Below are positions 50,692 to 64,000 of a stretch of 64,000 nt of DNA, one piece after another. Every line of letters begins with the position of its first letter. Position 1 is the stretch's first letter. The position numbers and the translations under genes were made by a program. The notes under the pieces are model-generated. The model had not been told where the DNA came from. It was given only the letters and a program-made list of their open reading frames with translations, and did not search any database. This DNA comes from Octopus bimaculoides. Its lineage: Eukaryota. The stretch covers positions 25,841,115 to 25,905,114 of the forward strand of contig NC_068989.1 in NCBI RefSeq assembly GCF_001194135.2, written 5' to 3'.

Positions 50692-51621
50692 TGTATATAC
50701 ACACACGCACCCAAACACACGTATATATATGTATATCAATATAAATATATGAAAGTCAATGAAGTTTCGTAAAAGAAGGTGATCATGTACATACTTTCTT
50801 GCTGTTGTGATTATAACACCTCATTGTAAACTATGTTCCTTGTTTTCCCTTGTGGAGCATATACAAATAGGTTTTTTGTTGCTGCCCACTCTTGAGCAGC
50901 CAACATACAGTTGTCCATGTGAGAAGCAGGGCTCTTCCAAGAGAAGACCAGCTACAGACAGTGTTTGACCCTGATATTTGTTTATNNNNNNNNNNNNNNN
51001 NNNNNNNNNNNNNNNNNNNNNNNNNNNNNNNNNNNNNNNNNNNNNNNNNNNNNNNNNNNNNNNNNNNNNNNNNNNNNNNNNNNNNNNNNNNNNNNNNNNN
51101 NNNNNNNNNNNNNNNNNNNNNNNNNNNNNNNNNNNNNNNNNNNNNNNNNNNNNNNNNNNNNNNNNNNNNNNNNNNNNNNNNNNNNNNNNNNNNNNNNNNN
51201 NNNNNNNNNNNNNNNNNNNNNNNNNNNNNNNNNNNNNNNNNNNNNNNNNNNNNNNNNNNNNNNNNNNNNNNNNNNNNNNNNNNNNNNNNNNNNNNNNNNN
51301 NNNNNNNNNNNNNNNNNNNNNNNNNNNNNNNNNNNNNNNNNNNNNNNNNNNNNNNNNNNNNNNNNNNNNNNNNNNNNNNNNNNNNNNNNNNNNNNNNNNN
51401 NNNNNNNNNNNNNNNNNNNNNNNNNNNNNNNNNNNNNNNNNNNNNNNNNNNNNNNNNNNNNNNNNNNNNNNNNNNNNNNNNNNNNNNNNNNNNNNNNNNN
51501 NNNNNNNNNNNNNNNNNNNNNNNNNNNNNNNNNNNNNNNNNNNNNNNNNNNNNNNNNNNNNNNNNNNNNNNNNNNNNNNNNNNNNNNNNNNNNNNNNNNN
51601 NNNNNNNNNNNNNNNNNNNNN

Positions 51622-51989
51622 CTCTCTCTCTCTTTCTGTCTCTCTCTTTCTCTCTTTCTCTCTGTGAAAGTATCTGTCACTACAGTATCGAAATGTGATT
51701 GTTTCAGTTAGTGGAATAGTTTCATTTTTAAAGTGAACATATTTGACATGAGTGTTTTTGTTTCACTTTTGACACGTAATACTTAAATAGTGGAGGAGAT
51801 ATTATGTTGTCGTGTGCTCGAACTCTGCAAGAAGTTAATAATTGTTTTTGACTAAAACACAACTGGAACCCTAAGTAAGGCATGTGTAAAATTTGAATGA
51901 AATTGGTTGCGTAGTTCTCGAGTTTTAGGGATTCACACAGACAGACAGACAGACAGACAGACACACATTCTCATTTTTATATATATAGA
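51622..51989 (-). mobile_element. Non-autonomous Helitron-like element, 5' part (3' end lost in the N-gap)
   Basis: The minus strand begins A|TCTATATATATAAAAATGAGAATG followed by (TGTC)n and actacgcaaccaatttcattcaaatttt, the typical head layout of short Helitron-derived elements. Confidence 0.7.
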
Positions 51990-52817
51990 TTATTTATTTA
52001 TTTACCTTGCTTACTTATTTAACCATTATACGTAGTTATACTTATTATGTTAGACCTATATACATCTTATAAGCACATTTTATCCACATTATACCATGTA
52101 CCCATCTCACAGTATAATCTTATCTAGTCACTTTATTATCTTGATTTACATGTTTATTCATTTATTATCTATTTATTTCTTATTAGCTAAATTTACACAC
52201 ATAGGTATAGTAAATATAAATAATTGTGGGCAAAAAACGTACCAAAAGATTTGTGTGAAATTCGTATATTAAGTATATAGTATACAGTTACCTTACAGTT
52301 GAATATTAAATGTGATATTCAATAATTTTGGGAAAAGGTAATAAACCACAATATTCATTGGATTTTATTATCCCTTAATGAGGTTTTTTTAATCTTTAAT
52401 CGAACTATATATATATATGTATATGTATATGTGTATATANNNNNNNNNNNNNNNNNNNNNNNNNNNNNNNNNNNNNNNNNNNNNNNNNNNNNNNNNNNNN
52501 NNNNNNNNNNNNNNNNNNNNNNNNNNNNNNNNNNNNNNNNNNNNNNNNNNNNNNNNNNNNNNNNNNNNNNNNNNNNNNNNNNNNNNNNNNNNNNNNNNNN
52601 NNNNNNNNNNNNNNNNNNNNNNNNNNNNNNNNNNNNNNNNNNNNNNNNNNNNNNNNNNNNNNNNNNNNNNNNNNNNNNNNNNNNNNNNNNNNNNNNNNNN
52701 NNNNNNNNNNNNNNNNNNNNNNNNNNNNNNNNNNNNNNNNNNNNNNNNNNNNNNNNNNNNNNNNNNNNNNNNNNNNNNNNNNNNNNNNNNNNNNNNNNNN
52801 NNNNNNNNNNNNNNNNN

Positions 52818-52871
<54 letters not shown>

Positions 52872-53862
52872 GTTCAGGTATACATATATTCATACACACA
52901 CATACACACACAAACGCACACACACGCACACACGCACGCGCACGCACACACACACACACATATATTAAATATACGTAGAAACACACTTATACATATAAAA
53001 ACATACGTGTACATAAACGTCTGAGTGCATACCTGTGTATTTATATATTTTCCCTACACTACCATTCCCATATTTATTTTATTCACATATACAGTATCCC
53101 TTTCAGTTAATTCTTCTATGACGAGTCATGAAGAAAATAATGCTTAAGAAATAAACTAACGATATATGAGAATCATATCCAATACATAAGATTTCCAAAT
53201 CAGTTGACATACATGAATTTGATTGACAATAACGCTCTACAGAACACAAAAGATAAAAACCAATTAAGTATCTTAGAAGTCTTTGTAAAAAGAATTTAGA
53301 TTATCGAAAATTTTAAGGAACTGTGAATCGTCTGTTTCGCTTTCTTTATCGCGTTCGAAAACGTGCTTAATTACATTTGTCTTTAGTTGCATACTTCCTA
53401 CGTACAAACATTTCCGTGGGCTTTTTTGAAATTTTGATATATAATTCTTAATGAAGAATTCAAAGAACTGTGTTACTATGTAACAATAGTCTAGGACAAT
53501 TATTAATCACATTTTAGTATACATTAATTCATCTTAATATCCATTGCATTATGGTGAAATATAAGCTACCTGAGCAGATAATCATTTTGAAGTATATCTA
53601 GAACGTCTTTAATGATCATCCATTTCTACTATGTCTGTTTAACTAATCACACTGCGGTTGATGTATATCGGTAACACATTTCCCTCTAGATACAAATTCG
53701 GTCAGTCAGTTCTTCGATTCATACATATTCATTTAACGAGACGTCATCTTACCAGTCTTAGTAATGCTTAATTTCAAATCATGCATAATACATACAAATG
53801 TGTAAATTTAAAAAAATCTTGACGACGTTGATATGCATTATATTACTGTTATCATTGTTCCT

Positions 53863-53910
53863 ATAATAATAATAATAATAATAATGATAATAATAATAAT
53901 AATGATGATG

Positions 53911-53976
<66 letters not shown>
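53863..53976 (+). repeat. (AAT)n/(GAT)n microsatellite
   Basis: Visible run. Confidence 0.95.
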
Positions 53977-53977
<1 letters not shown>

Positions 53978-54360
53978 GCTAATAGAAATTGAAAAAATGT
54001 GGCACCTCAAGGCGACTATCAGCTAATAGAAATTGAAAAAATGTGGCACCTCAAGGCGACTACCATACCAGTGATTGTAGGATCTCTAGGAATGATAAAA
54101 AAAGGTACTGAAATCTATTTGAAAATGATACCAGGCTTATCATCTCTACAGGAGGTGCAAAAAATCGTGCTATCTGGAACGACTCATGTACTAAGAAGAG
54201 CATTATCGCTGTGAATACAACATCCATTCATGATTTTTTTTTTTTTTACCTATGAATTTGCGTGTGTAAATTTGGAATGCATACAACGTTTCTCTGCCCT
54301 AGGTGTACGGAAAACACTCGGCGAGAAATGGGAAAAATTTGAAGAAAGACAAAAAAACAT
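53977..54360 (+). mobile_element. R4/Dong-like 3' fragment with a 44-bp tandem duplication at its 5' junction
   Basis: IEIEKMWHLKATTIPVIVGSLGMIKK...QKIVLSGTTHVLRRAL, then a 3' UTR ending at (AAT)n. Confidence 0.85.
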
Positions 54361-54435
54361 AATAATAATAATAAGGATAATAATAATAATAATGATAATA
54401 AGAAGAAGAAGAAAGAAGAAAGAAGAAAAAGAAAA

Positions 54436-54820
54436 AAAATGCTTTCTAATTGATGTATCAATACCAGCAGATGACAACGTTTCTCTAAAAGAAATGGAAA
54501 AAAACTTTCAAAATACAAAGACATGGAAATAGAGGTAACTCGAATGTGGAATCTAAAAAACAGAAACAATTCCTATTATAGTAGGAGCCTCAGGTATAAT
54601 AAAAAAAATATTCAGACAAATACATAACAAAAACACCAGGACTTACAAATATATATAATATACAGAAAATTGCACTACTGGGCACTGCAGACATCCTACG
54701 CAAAACACTTTCAATACAGTAACCATAAAAGCATCACAGCAAACCACAGCACATACCCAAGGCACACAGAGCTGCGCTCGGTAGTGAAGTGAAAGCACGT
54801 TATAAAAATAAAACTACTGA
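54436..54820 (+). mobile_element. Second R4/Dong-like 3' fragment (different subfamily)
   Basis: CFLIDVSIPADDNVSLKEMEK, TIPIIVGASG and QKIALLGTADILRKTL. It has a distinct 3' UTR followed by (AAT)n. Confidence 0.85.
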
Positions 54821-54914
54821 ACAATAATAATAATAATAATAATAATAATGATAATAGTAATAATAATAATAGTAACAATAATAATAATGATTTATTATTA
54901 TTATTATTATAAGT

Positions 54915-56600
54915 ATAGAACATTTTAAAGGAAAAATACACCAGGAAAATGTAGATAATAGCCACACAGCAATGCCAACTAATATAAACACTGAGATAGT
55001 AAAATACGAAGACAGACATAACAGTTCCAATAAAAACGAAGTGAACAAAAAACAACAAACCCAGACCGTAGGGATGTATAATAATGTACAAAAAGCAAAG
55101 ACAAACATATGAATTAGAAGGAAGGCGAAACAAATCTTAAACCTGGAAACAGTGAAGGGCAACGTAATGATTATGATACTATACAAATGAGAATATTCAA
55201 AAAACTGAAAACCACAGATCTCGGAATGGAGCACCGATTATACCACCCAAAAGTCAAAATAGACAATAAAACAACATCAATAATAAATAGCATAAACCTT
55301 GCCGTCACGGAGATAATAGCCACGGAAACAAATGTCAATATCACTGAGCTAAATGGCATAATATATGCAGCAGCCACTGCAGCCACAAAAGAAGCTGGAT
55401 ACTCTCCAAAACTCATCCAAACAAGAGTACCAGCATCCAGCCAAGCCCTGTCCATAAATAATATCTCCATCCAAAAAGAAATAGAAAAAACGATCTATCA
55501 ATTATTAATGAAATTTCTATACAATCAACACTACTATGTAACAAAAATACTGTGCAAGTACAACATTACAGAAAAAAAGATTTACCTGAGGTAAAAGAAA
55601 AGCTAAAGCAAGATATCCTTGCCAAAGCACAAAGGATCCGCCGATATGAGAAACGCCAACGTTTCTTTGAACAAAACAAACAGTTCAACTCCAAACTCAA
55701 AAAAATTCTACCAAGAACTTGGCAAAAATAAAACAGACATCATTGCAGCACCAACAACAGAAGAAGTGAAATAATTTAGGAAAGAAATATGGTCGGCGAT
55801 AGAACAACCTCAGAAAAGGATTATTAAAACAACGAAATTAGCAACTGAACAACTCTGGACCTCTATAACAACTGAAGTGGTCACCTAGGCACTACAAAGA
55901 TTAAGTAACTGGAAGGCACCTATTCACGACAAGATCTCCCAACTTTCGGTTAAAATATCTGACAGGAATGCGCAAAAAGCTGGCTGGAAACTTTAACGAC
56001 GTTCTAGCAGAGCCAGAGGCAATGCCTGAATAGCTCACGAAAGGGAAAACTATCCTAATTCCCACATCAACTGAAACGGCAAATCCAGAAAACTACAGAA
56101 CTATAACCTGTCTCCCTAGAAGTTACAAAGCATTTACTGCAATAATATCGCAGAGATTGAGCAAGCATCTGCAAGAAAACAACCTGTTTCCATCTGTAAA
56201 GATCAACTAATGATCAATAAAACCATAACTGAAAACAGCCGCACAAACAAGAAAGGCCTCAGTATGGCTTGGATCGAAAGGCTTTTGATAGTATTCCCCA
56301 TACATGGATCCTGGAAACACTAACCATGACCAAGGTAGAACCAGTAATCATAAAAGAGAAATGACACTCTATGAATAAATGGCAGACAGTGCTACAGCTC
56401 CAAACAAAAGAGGGACTCCTGAAAACGAAAGCCCACCCCATTAGAAGAGGCATATTCCATGGAGACACGCTCTGTCCACTCCTTTTCTGCTTGGCACTGA
56501 CTCATTTATCTGACATGCTAAATAGAACTGGATGTGGATACAAATGTTACGGCAAAACAATAAGCCCCCTTTTATATATGGATGACCTAAAACTATACGT
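54915..56600 (+). mobile_element. R4/Dong-like element, N-terminal region and RT, degenerate and 3'-truncated
   Basis: NITELNGIIYAAATA, LSNWKAP, YRTITCL, KAFDSIPHTWI, IRRGIFHGDTLCPLLF and PLLYMDDLKLY (YxDD). Confidence 0.88.
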
Positions 56601-56720
56601 TAGCACTTAGGACAAAATGTGTGGCTGCATTTTGTCCATTCCGATTTGAAATTCCGAGGTCTATCTTGCTTTACATTCCTTTGAGGTCAATAAAGTAAGC
56701 ACAAGTCGAACCCTGAATCT
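56590..56720 (+). mobile_element. Degenerate family-2 SINE at the truncation point of the R4/Dong RT
   Basis: cgttagcac...gaaattccgaggtc...cttgctttacattcc...gatgtaatcg. Confidence 0.5.
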
Positions 56721-56781
56721 CGATGTAATCGTCTTCCCTTCTTCCTTAAATATGCTGACCCGATGCGAAAAATTGAAACTG

Positions 56782-56807
56782 TTATATCATCATCATCATC
56801 ATCATCA

Positions 56808-56838
<31 letters not shown>

Positions 56839-56910
56839 CATCATCAGCATCAGCATCTTCGTCGTCACCGTCATCATCATCATCGTCGTCCTCGTCGTCC
56901 TCGCCTTCAT
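56782..56910 (+). repeat. Compound (TCA)n/(TCG)n trinucleotide repeat
   Basis: Visible run. It yields the poly-Ser ORF 56763-56990. Confidence 0.9.
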
Positions 56911-57668
56911 TACTGAGAATTCATTATATATCATTTATGTTAGCTTATGCATGCTTATGCAGGCTTCAGGTTTGTTTTTATATAAACTAGCACCATTTAT
57001 GAAAATGAATTTTGACTCTATATCATCGAAATAGCTGAGAATTATTTTGCCTTCTAATTTTATAAGAACGAATTACTGCGTTAAGTTATGTTTGCTGAAT
57101 ATTTGATGTTGTTTCATTAATAGTATTTACAGGGATTTTTTAATTGTTGGCATTGCTGCTATTTAACCCTTGGGCAGTCGTGTTCCACCAGACTTTTAGG
57201 CAATTACATTCCAGCTATAGTCATTACAGTGTTATATTCAGACAGTCTATATCTATTTCTATATAACGTTCTCTGTGGGAAATTTTGATATGATACTTTC
57301 ACTTTCAGATTAGACAATAACTTAGTTGATACGTAGTGGCCCCAATATCTTCTAAACTTTCTGTGATATATATTTTGTCAATCTAGTTTTGTTGTACATT
57401 ATTACGACATCGTATTTACTATAAGATATTTCCCATCGCTGATTTAGCGCACGGTACCCATATTGTTAATGATATCTTATTATAACATTGGTGCTACGTA
57501 ATAGCACATGTCTATTTAGTGCTGCTTATAGCACACATAAACCCCTTAGAGTCTCTTTACCAATTATAGATTTAGTTCTGTGTTCTTCAAGATGATACTT
57601 TAAACAAAATGATAAATGCATGACTATGTCGACTAAAACCAGAAGAGAATAAGAGAAAACGACATCCA

Positions 57669-57714
<46 letters not shown>

Positions 57715-58989
57715 AGTTATGCGGATAGACAAATTAAATATAACAGCTTCGGTTTGATATCCGAAATAATATATATGTATACATGCAAACAGAAAGAAAG
57801 CAAAGATCGGAGATTTTCAGACGATGAATATTTAAGTATAAATATAGAAATATTTATATACTTAGCATTTGTGTGTGTATATATGTATGTAAGTGGTGGT
57901 GTATGTGTGTGTGTATGTGTGTGTGTGTATATGTGTGTGTGTGTGGGTGTGTGAGTGTGTGTAAACTCGCAGACCTTTTGAAGTTCGCAACTGATTTCCT
58001 ACAAACTGGGAACATACATTGCCAGAGATGGTTTTATACTCTTGAAATATATCACATAATGGGTAGTGGTAGCAATAATAGCTTGTTCCCATAATACCAT
58101 AGGTAGCAATTTGCTGAAATAAAAGACGTTTAGAATTCATTATGTTTATTACGAAAAATATGCTAAAATATGTTAAATCCTGCGCAACTGTTGAACTATT
58201 TTCTTTTAGCATCAGTATCAAAGTGTTCCTTCTAAGCATAGATGAAACCGTACAAATATTCTTCAGCTATTGATTACAAACCAAAATTTCCAATCTACAT
58301 TAACCTACTAATTCATCAGGTCTCGAACCCAACCTCGTTAGTTAGAGCTCCTGTCATTCATGTAACCTTACGTGTTCGGACGCTGCAAGCAGATTTGTTT
58401 ACGTTTGAAAACTGAGTTGTCCTCACTATGTTTGCATGCTGCTTAGGTGAAAGAGTACAAGGTTCACACACAACTATTGATTCCAAACCGAAATATCGCA
58501 TGACAGTGTTGTTTCCAAGCGCTTCCTTGCCAATCCCCCCACTTACTATGCAATTACTTTCATGTAGATTTCTCACATATGGTACTGTTGAGAGCACCCA
58601 CAGGCTTAATTTATTACATAGAAGTAGTTCCTATGTTTGCCGTATTAGCAGCCACGCCGACAGCCGTAAAAGAGGGTATATCCACCGAGAGCTTTTTAGC
58701 TGCGTTGAAAAATCACATACACCCATCCACTTTTCCATGACAACAATATGGCCTGAAATCTTCGAAATAGACGTATGCTGTATCGTTTAGTGGAATAAGC
58801 CCCTCATTTACACCAAAAATGTCTGATAGTCAATGCTGTACTTCTCCGTATCACATATTTCAACTTAATTGTGCCATATATACAAACTATGCCGTTTAAA
58901 TCCCGAGTGGGTATGTCTGCTAGTACGAAAATATGCATCGTCTGAAAATCTGTGCTTACTATCTGTTTGCATATATACATGTGTACACA

Positions 58990-59023
<34 letters not shown>

Positions 59024-60099
59024 TAGGTGTAAGAATTGTAATGCTGTACACAGTCAAGTAATATGTTACAATTTTTGGCAGTAGGATAACATGATATAAG
59101 TTGGTCAATTTTAAATGACATTTTAGCTAGGACTACCGCATTTTTCTTCAAATCTCAAATCGTGTAGAGACCTACATCGTGCAAATTGTTCTTTATTTCA
59201 AGAGACCCGTGTCTGCTTTGAAGATGTGGTGTCCATTTTACTCCGTTGGATACCTATCTATATGCTAATAATTCTTTATCATATGCACAAATATGTCATC
59301 AGCACAGGATCGGAATATGTATTGACATGTGTGAGCAATTGAGAAATGGCAAACAAATGATGACCTGCGTAGTTGTAATAGCCAGTATATTACAGGAAGT
59401 TCAGATTGATGAAGCGGCATCTGCAAATGCACGCTGGTGAAATATGTATTTACAATAGCTGCAAACATGAATGAAAATAAAATGAGAAAAAAATCACGAA
59501 AAATGGGAATAGAATAGTTTTCATTCCAAATGAATGCTGAAGATAATTAAGAGGACATACACGTACGCGCGCGCACATACACGCACACAAACACAGAATT
59601 TATAGAATTGTTCTACTAAGCTGGTTATACTATGTACAATATGGATTTAGCGTTAAGAAAATAGTATTATTCTTTTGTGTCTGGGGAAAGTCATTGTCTT
59701 TTAGTACCTTATAATCTAACAAACTCACTGGTAAAATTTCCAGTCATTTAATTATAGAAAAATAGGTAAGTAAATGAGTGAAACTTTTACCGGTGAGTGT
59801 GGAAAATTATAAGGCACTAAAAGAGAATGACTCTCCTCAGACACAACAGAATATACTTCAACTCACGAACTCACATAAAGAATGTTGCAAAACAAACAAA
59901 AAAAAAAACGTATGAAAGTGAATTATGCTATTACATTAAGCATGGCATCTATTTCAGGCGATCAAACAATCTTTTTTTCTCTCGTAAACATTTTCTTTCG
60001 ACACCCAACTTTATATTATGCTCTCTATATTTGAATATATATTTTGGTGCAGTAAGATAAAACGTGCTTATTCAATGCACCATCTAGACTTCTATTAGA

Positions 60100-60760
60100 A
60101 CCTATATTATGTCTTTAAATAACGAGGAGAATACCAACAACAGTTTAAAACACTCTCGGCAAACAGTTTCCTGTCTCTCCTAGACAAGCACTTCCTAGCA
60201 CATCACAGATACAGGAAAATATTTCATAGGCCTTCTCTGAAATTATCATGTAGCTTCTGTCCCAATATTAAGAGTATCCATACACGTGGTCAATACAAGC
60301 ATCCGAAATACAGTTGTAACTGTCCCAACCCAAGTTCTTGTCCACTTGACCAACGATGTATTACTAAATCTATCATATGTGAAGTAGAAGTTACTGCAAC
60401 CCTAAATAATAGTACAGCAAATAAGACCTATACTGGATTATGTGAAAGAAAATTTAAAATTCCCGATCAGGACAGAAGCAAAGCTATGAATGTGAATTTG
60501 GCTAGCTGCATATGGAGTTTCAAAGATAACGAAACACATCTGATTAAGTGGAAAATGATTGAAAAATCCATAACTTATGCTAATGGATCGAATATATGTA
60601 GGCTTTGTTTAACTGAAATAGCGGAGATCCTGTTCAGATCTAAGATCCCCCATTCAGTATTGTACTCTACGTTTGAAATATTCCTCTATTGCATTTATAT
60701 GTACAAATATATTTTGAGGAATTGGAACATTCAGCCTATTCCTGACTAACGTGTTGATAT
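60100..60760 (+). mobile_element. Penelope-like element remnant of a second lineage (linker plus GIY-YIG), disrupted
   Basis: LDKHF...KIFHRPSLKLSCSFCPNIKSI, CNCPNPSSCPLDQRCITKSII, TYTGLCERKFK, LASCIWSFKD...IKWKMIEK and CRLCLTE. Confidence 0.8.
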
Positions 60761-61090
60761 CTTTCCAACCTTATAATTTAAGGTCTAAGGAAGATAACTC
60801 TTATATCATTCTTTCTTCTTTTAACCTTTTAGAATTTAGTTTTTGTGTTTTTGTTTTCAGCATTCCGTTTTCCATTTCTTCTGCGTTTCTATATGTTGCC
60901 TTCTCATTTTTTCGCGTTTCTTCTCTTACTCAATTTTTTTTCGCTATATGTAGTTTGTGCCTGATCAATATGTTTGAGATATTTCTCAACATATGAAATT
61001 ATTAGTCAACAACATCAAAAATAAATAATGCGCATGCATGAAATGAATAATATAAAATGACGACAGTTGACCCATCGCACCCTGTGTGTG

Positions 61091-61122
<32 letters not shown>

Positions 61123-62231
61123 TGCATGTATGTATGTATGTATGTATATATATANNNNNNNNNNNNNNNNNNNNNNNNNNNNNNNNNNNNNNNNNNNNNN
61201 NNNNNNNNNNNNNNNNNNNNNNNNNNNNNNNNNNNNNNNNNNNNNNNNNNNNNNNNNNNNNNNNNNNNNNNNNNNNNNNNNNNNNNNNNNNNNNNNNNNN
61301 NNNNNNNNNNNNNATATATATATACACTCTTTCCTTTGGACCTTCAAATCCACACACACACACTCATACCCACAAATACACACACATTTAACTGTAGAGG
61401 AAGTTATATATGTTTGTATCGTTTCTGGGTATATTTAGTTACTTTTGTGTGCCGTATGGGCGTATTGTCTTGATATTTTAGGTTATTTATCTACTTTAGT
61501 CTGTTAACTAAAATTTGGTATTGTCCTCTTTACGTAAATGTTTTAGATTTCCCTGACGTATATTTACTGAGGCTCTGATAGTGAATCGCAGGCTACATTA
61601 GAATTGTTTCCCGTGTATGCATCACCTAAATAGTGATATAGAGTACCATTTACAATCCAACTATTTCTTTTTGTTTCCCTTTTAATATTCCTGGAAATAG
61701 AATATTGCATATATCAATCCACTGTAATCTGTTTACAAATTAGATTCATCTTAATACGAGTGATGCATTCGCAGTATTTTATGTTTCCTTTGAATTTACA
61801 TTTATTGGATGCCTGTTTCTCTCAGCTACTGCGACATAAAAGTATTGATTATACTTCTTTTGCTTCTGAATTTCGCTAGATAGCATATGAAATCATGGTA
61901 TTTTTATTTCACAAATAGGAACGTCACGTCACTTAAGTATCGGAAACGTTGTTTCCTGTTGTACATTCTGCAATCCCCATGGGGATTCCGCTACCCTTAA
62001 CGCAATGCCATTACTTCCTTAAAATCCCATTCATATCCTGACTAAAGTTATATTACTCTGAAATATGCTATGAGATTTTCCGTTGCATATAAGATTTTTA
62101 GATATAACAACAAACCATTTTTAATATTTAAACATTGTGCAGTGAGCTGACAGAATCTTTACCACACCGAACAAAATACTAAGCGACATTTCTTCCGGAT
62201 CTTCACATTTTCAATACAAATGCCACTGAAA

Positions 62232-62315
62232 TCAACTTTGCTTTTCATCCTTTCAGGCCGATAGAAATAAGTTCCAGTTCAGTATTAAGGTCGATGTAAT
62301 CGACATTTCTTTCCC
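62232..62315 (+). mobile_element. Family-2 SINE core fragment
   Basis: caactttgcttttcatcctttcaggccgatagaaataagttccag...ggtcgatgtaatcgac. Confidence 0.55.
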
Positions 62316-63599
62316 CATAATATCGTTGTACATGTGCTAAAACTAGAAGGGGTACATGAAATCTATAACAAAGGACGCTGATGAAAAAGCAACTATTTTC
62401 TTCTCTTCTTCGGTATCGCAATATATCCATTTATCATTTATCTATAAATCAGCGAACAAACGAAAGAGACAACACTCAACACATTTGATACTACTTACAT
62501 ATATTAAACAAAGAAATTTCCTCTTACATAGCTAAGAGCTTCCTGACGTTAATTAAAAACAATTTCCTAGGACCGTAACTCGTCAAATCTAACAACATTA
62601 AGGTTAATTATTTATACTTAGATAAGATCGTTTGAAACATGGTAGGCTTTATTCGATGCAAACAGACAACTTCACATCCTCTAGTCCACACCCCAACCTG
62701 TAACCGCTTTAATCTTGCCTCACAATGTTTGCAATCTATAGAGACATATTCTAATTGCATGACACTACGAAGGAATGGCACCTATCAAATGTTAAGGAAG
62801 GTGTACACAGCAATTGCACTATTTCAGGTGAAAGTTTAGGAGACGTTATATATATATATATATATATCCCTATCCAGGGGTATTGGGAGAGACTTGACCA
62901 TTGAAATTACACCCCCAATTTAAAGTGAGGTATCATTGGGATGGATATTTCTTGCTCATTCGAAACTTGTGATTCTCATCCGTCTCCCCGAGAGACTAAA
63001 CGTATTCCATCCACCTACACAACCATCAGCAAGAAAAGTTAAATGTCTTATTGCTACCACCACATGTATGTCCTGCTAATGAAATTCAAGGCACTGGCTC
63101 GCAACTTAAATATATTACGCTAGATGTAGTTATCCCTCAAACTAGAGAGGGCATTTAGTCTTTATCGCCTGTTTAGTCTAGAGCCCACTCATATTATTCA
63201 TAGAAACTCTATTGTAATCCAACTCCATGGTATTTGTTTAATCCCGCGTAAGCACAGCTGGGAATAATGTGTCCACAATCCACTGCATAACAACTGTTCT
63301 GTTGCTACAACAAAATCCAACACCATGAACTGATGATACTGAAGACAAAGCCATATGACGTCAGTATATTTCCTATATCATTTCGTGAGTCTAAAAATAA
63401 CAAAAAAATAAAGCTTGTTTCATTTTCACAGCTTTTATACCAACGACCTGAGATAATCAACATAGCAGTAACATGAAAATTAAAAACCATCTTCATTTTC
63501 TCTGTCACCAGCCTTTTATGAAGTGGATGTGTGTTACACAGACATGCACATGTAGATATCTCCATATGTGTGTTGGTTTGCGATTTATGCATACATTTA

Positions 63600-64000
63600 C
63601 ATAAACATATATATGCACGGTTGACAGTCAGTCTGATGACATGGCAAGTACGGCCTAACTGAGCCTTCAGTAACAATGGCTCAAAGCTTGATGAACAAGC
63701 TCTGTCCCACACTTCTTGCTTTATTACACTGTCCTGCCAGTGAAAGCCCGTGATCCTGTGCAATGCCCTTTTCTGAAAATTGTCCAGTTGTTTGATGCGC
63801 CAACGGTATAGGGTCCATGTTTGACATCCATAGAGTGATGTGGAAATGACTGACAGCCGTATACCCAGACAGCTGCAGAGCGGCGAGCTCACGCAGGGGT
63901 CCCAGGCAAACGAGGAACACTTAAACTGAGGTACGAAGAGACCCAGAAAAGTAACCTCAAATAGAGCGGCATTAGACCACATCAAATCAGAATCTCTACC
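63600..64000 (-). mobile_element. RTE/BovB-type LINE ORF2 C-terminal fragment, degenerate; runs in from the window end
   Basis: VISTSLYGCQTWTLYRWRIKQLDNFQKRALHRITGFHWQD...LLLKAQLGRTCHVIRL. Confidence 0.85.

Noticed and set aside
57862-58239. 125-aa minus ORF and the overlapping plus-strand exon-like frame (DLLKFATDF...)
   Set aside because: It is partly microsatellite, the strands conflict, and I recognised no homology. The length is within chance expectation.

Overview
AT-rich animal genomic DNA from a draft scaffold, with 14 N-gaps and very dense (TA)n/(CA)n/(AAT)n microsatellites. The SINE and LINE families look like those of coleoid cephalopods such as Octopus; this is an inference from recalled repeat consensus, not a database result. 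I found no prokaryotic features, no CRISPR array and no confidently recognisable host gene. The window is mostly decayed transposons: RTE, CR1-like, L1/Tx1 and R4/Dong-like LINEs, two Penelope GIY-YIG fragments, a gypsy integrase with its LTR, mariner and Tigger transposons, a long decayed Helitron plus non-autonomous Helitrons, MITEs and three tRNA-derived SINE families. The strongest observation is a three-level nested insertion at 10418-12447, with target-site duplications (TSDs) visible at the outer and inner levels. An ORF1-only (half-L1-like) retroposon sits inside a SINE that sits inside another SINE, and the retroposon shares its 3' tail with the inner SINE. Other notable structures are an RTE copy with an exact 5' inversion and a 10-bp TSD, a complete 91-bp Helitron, a Penelope endonuclease ORF with a decayed hammerhead core fused head-to-head to an R4/Dong element, and a cluster of (TAA)n-targeting R4/Dong copies.
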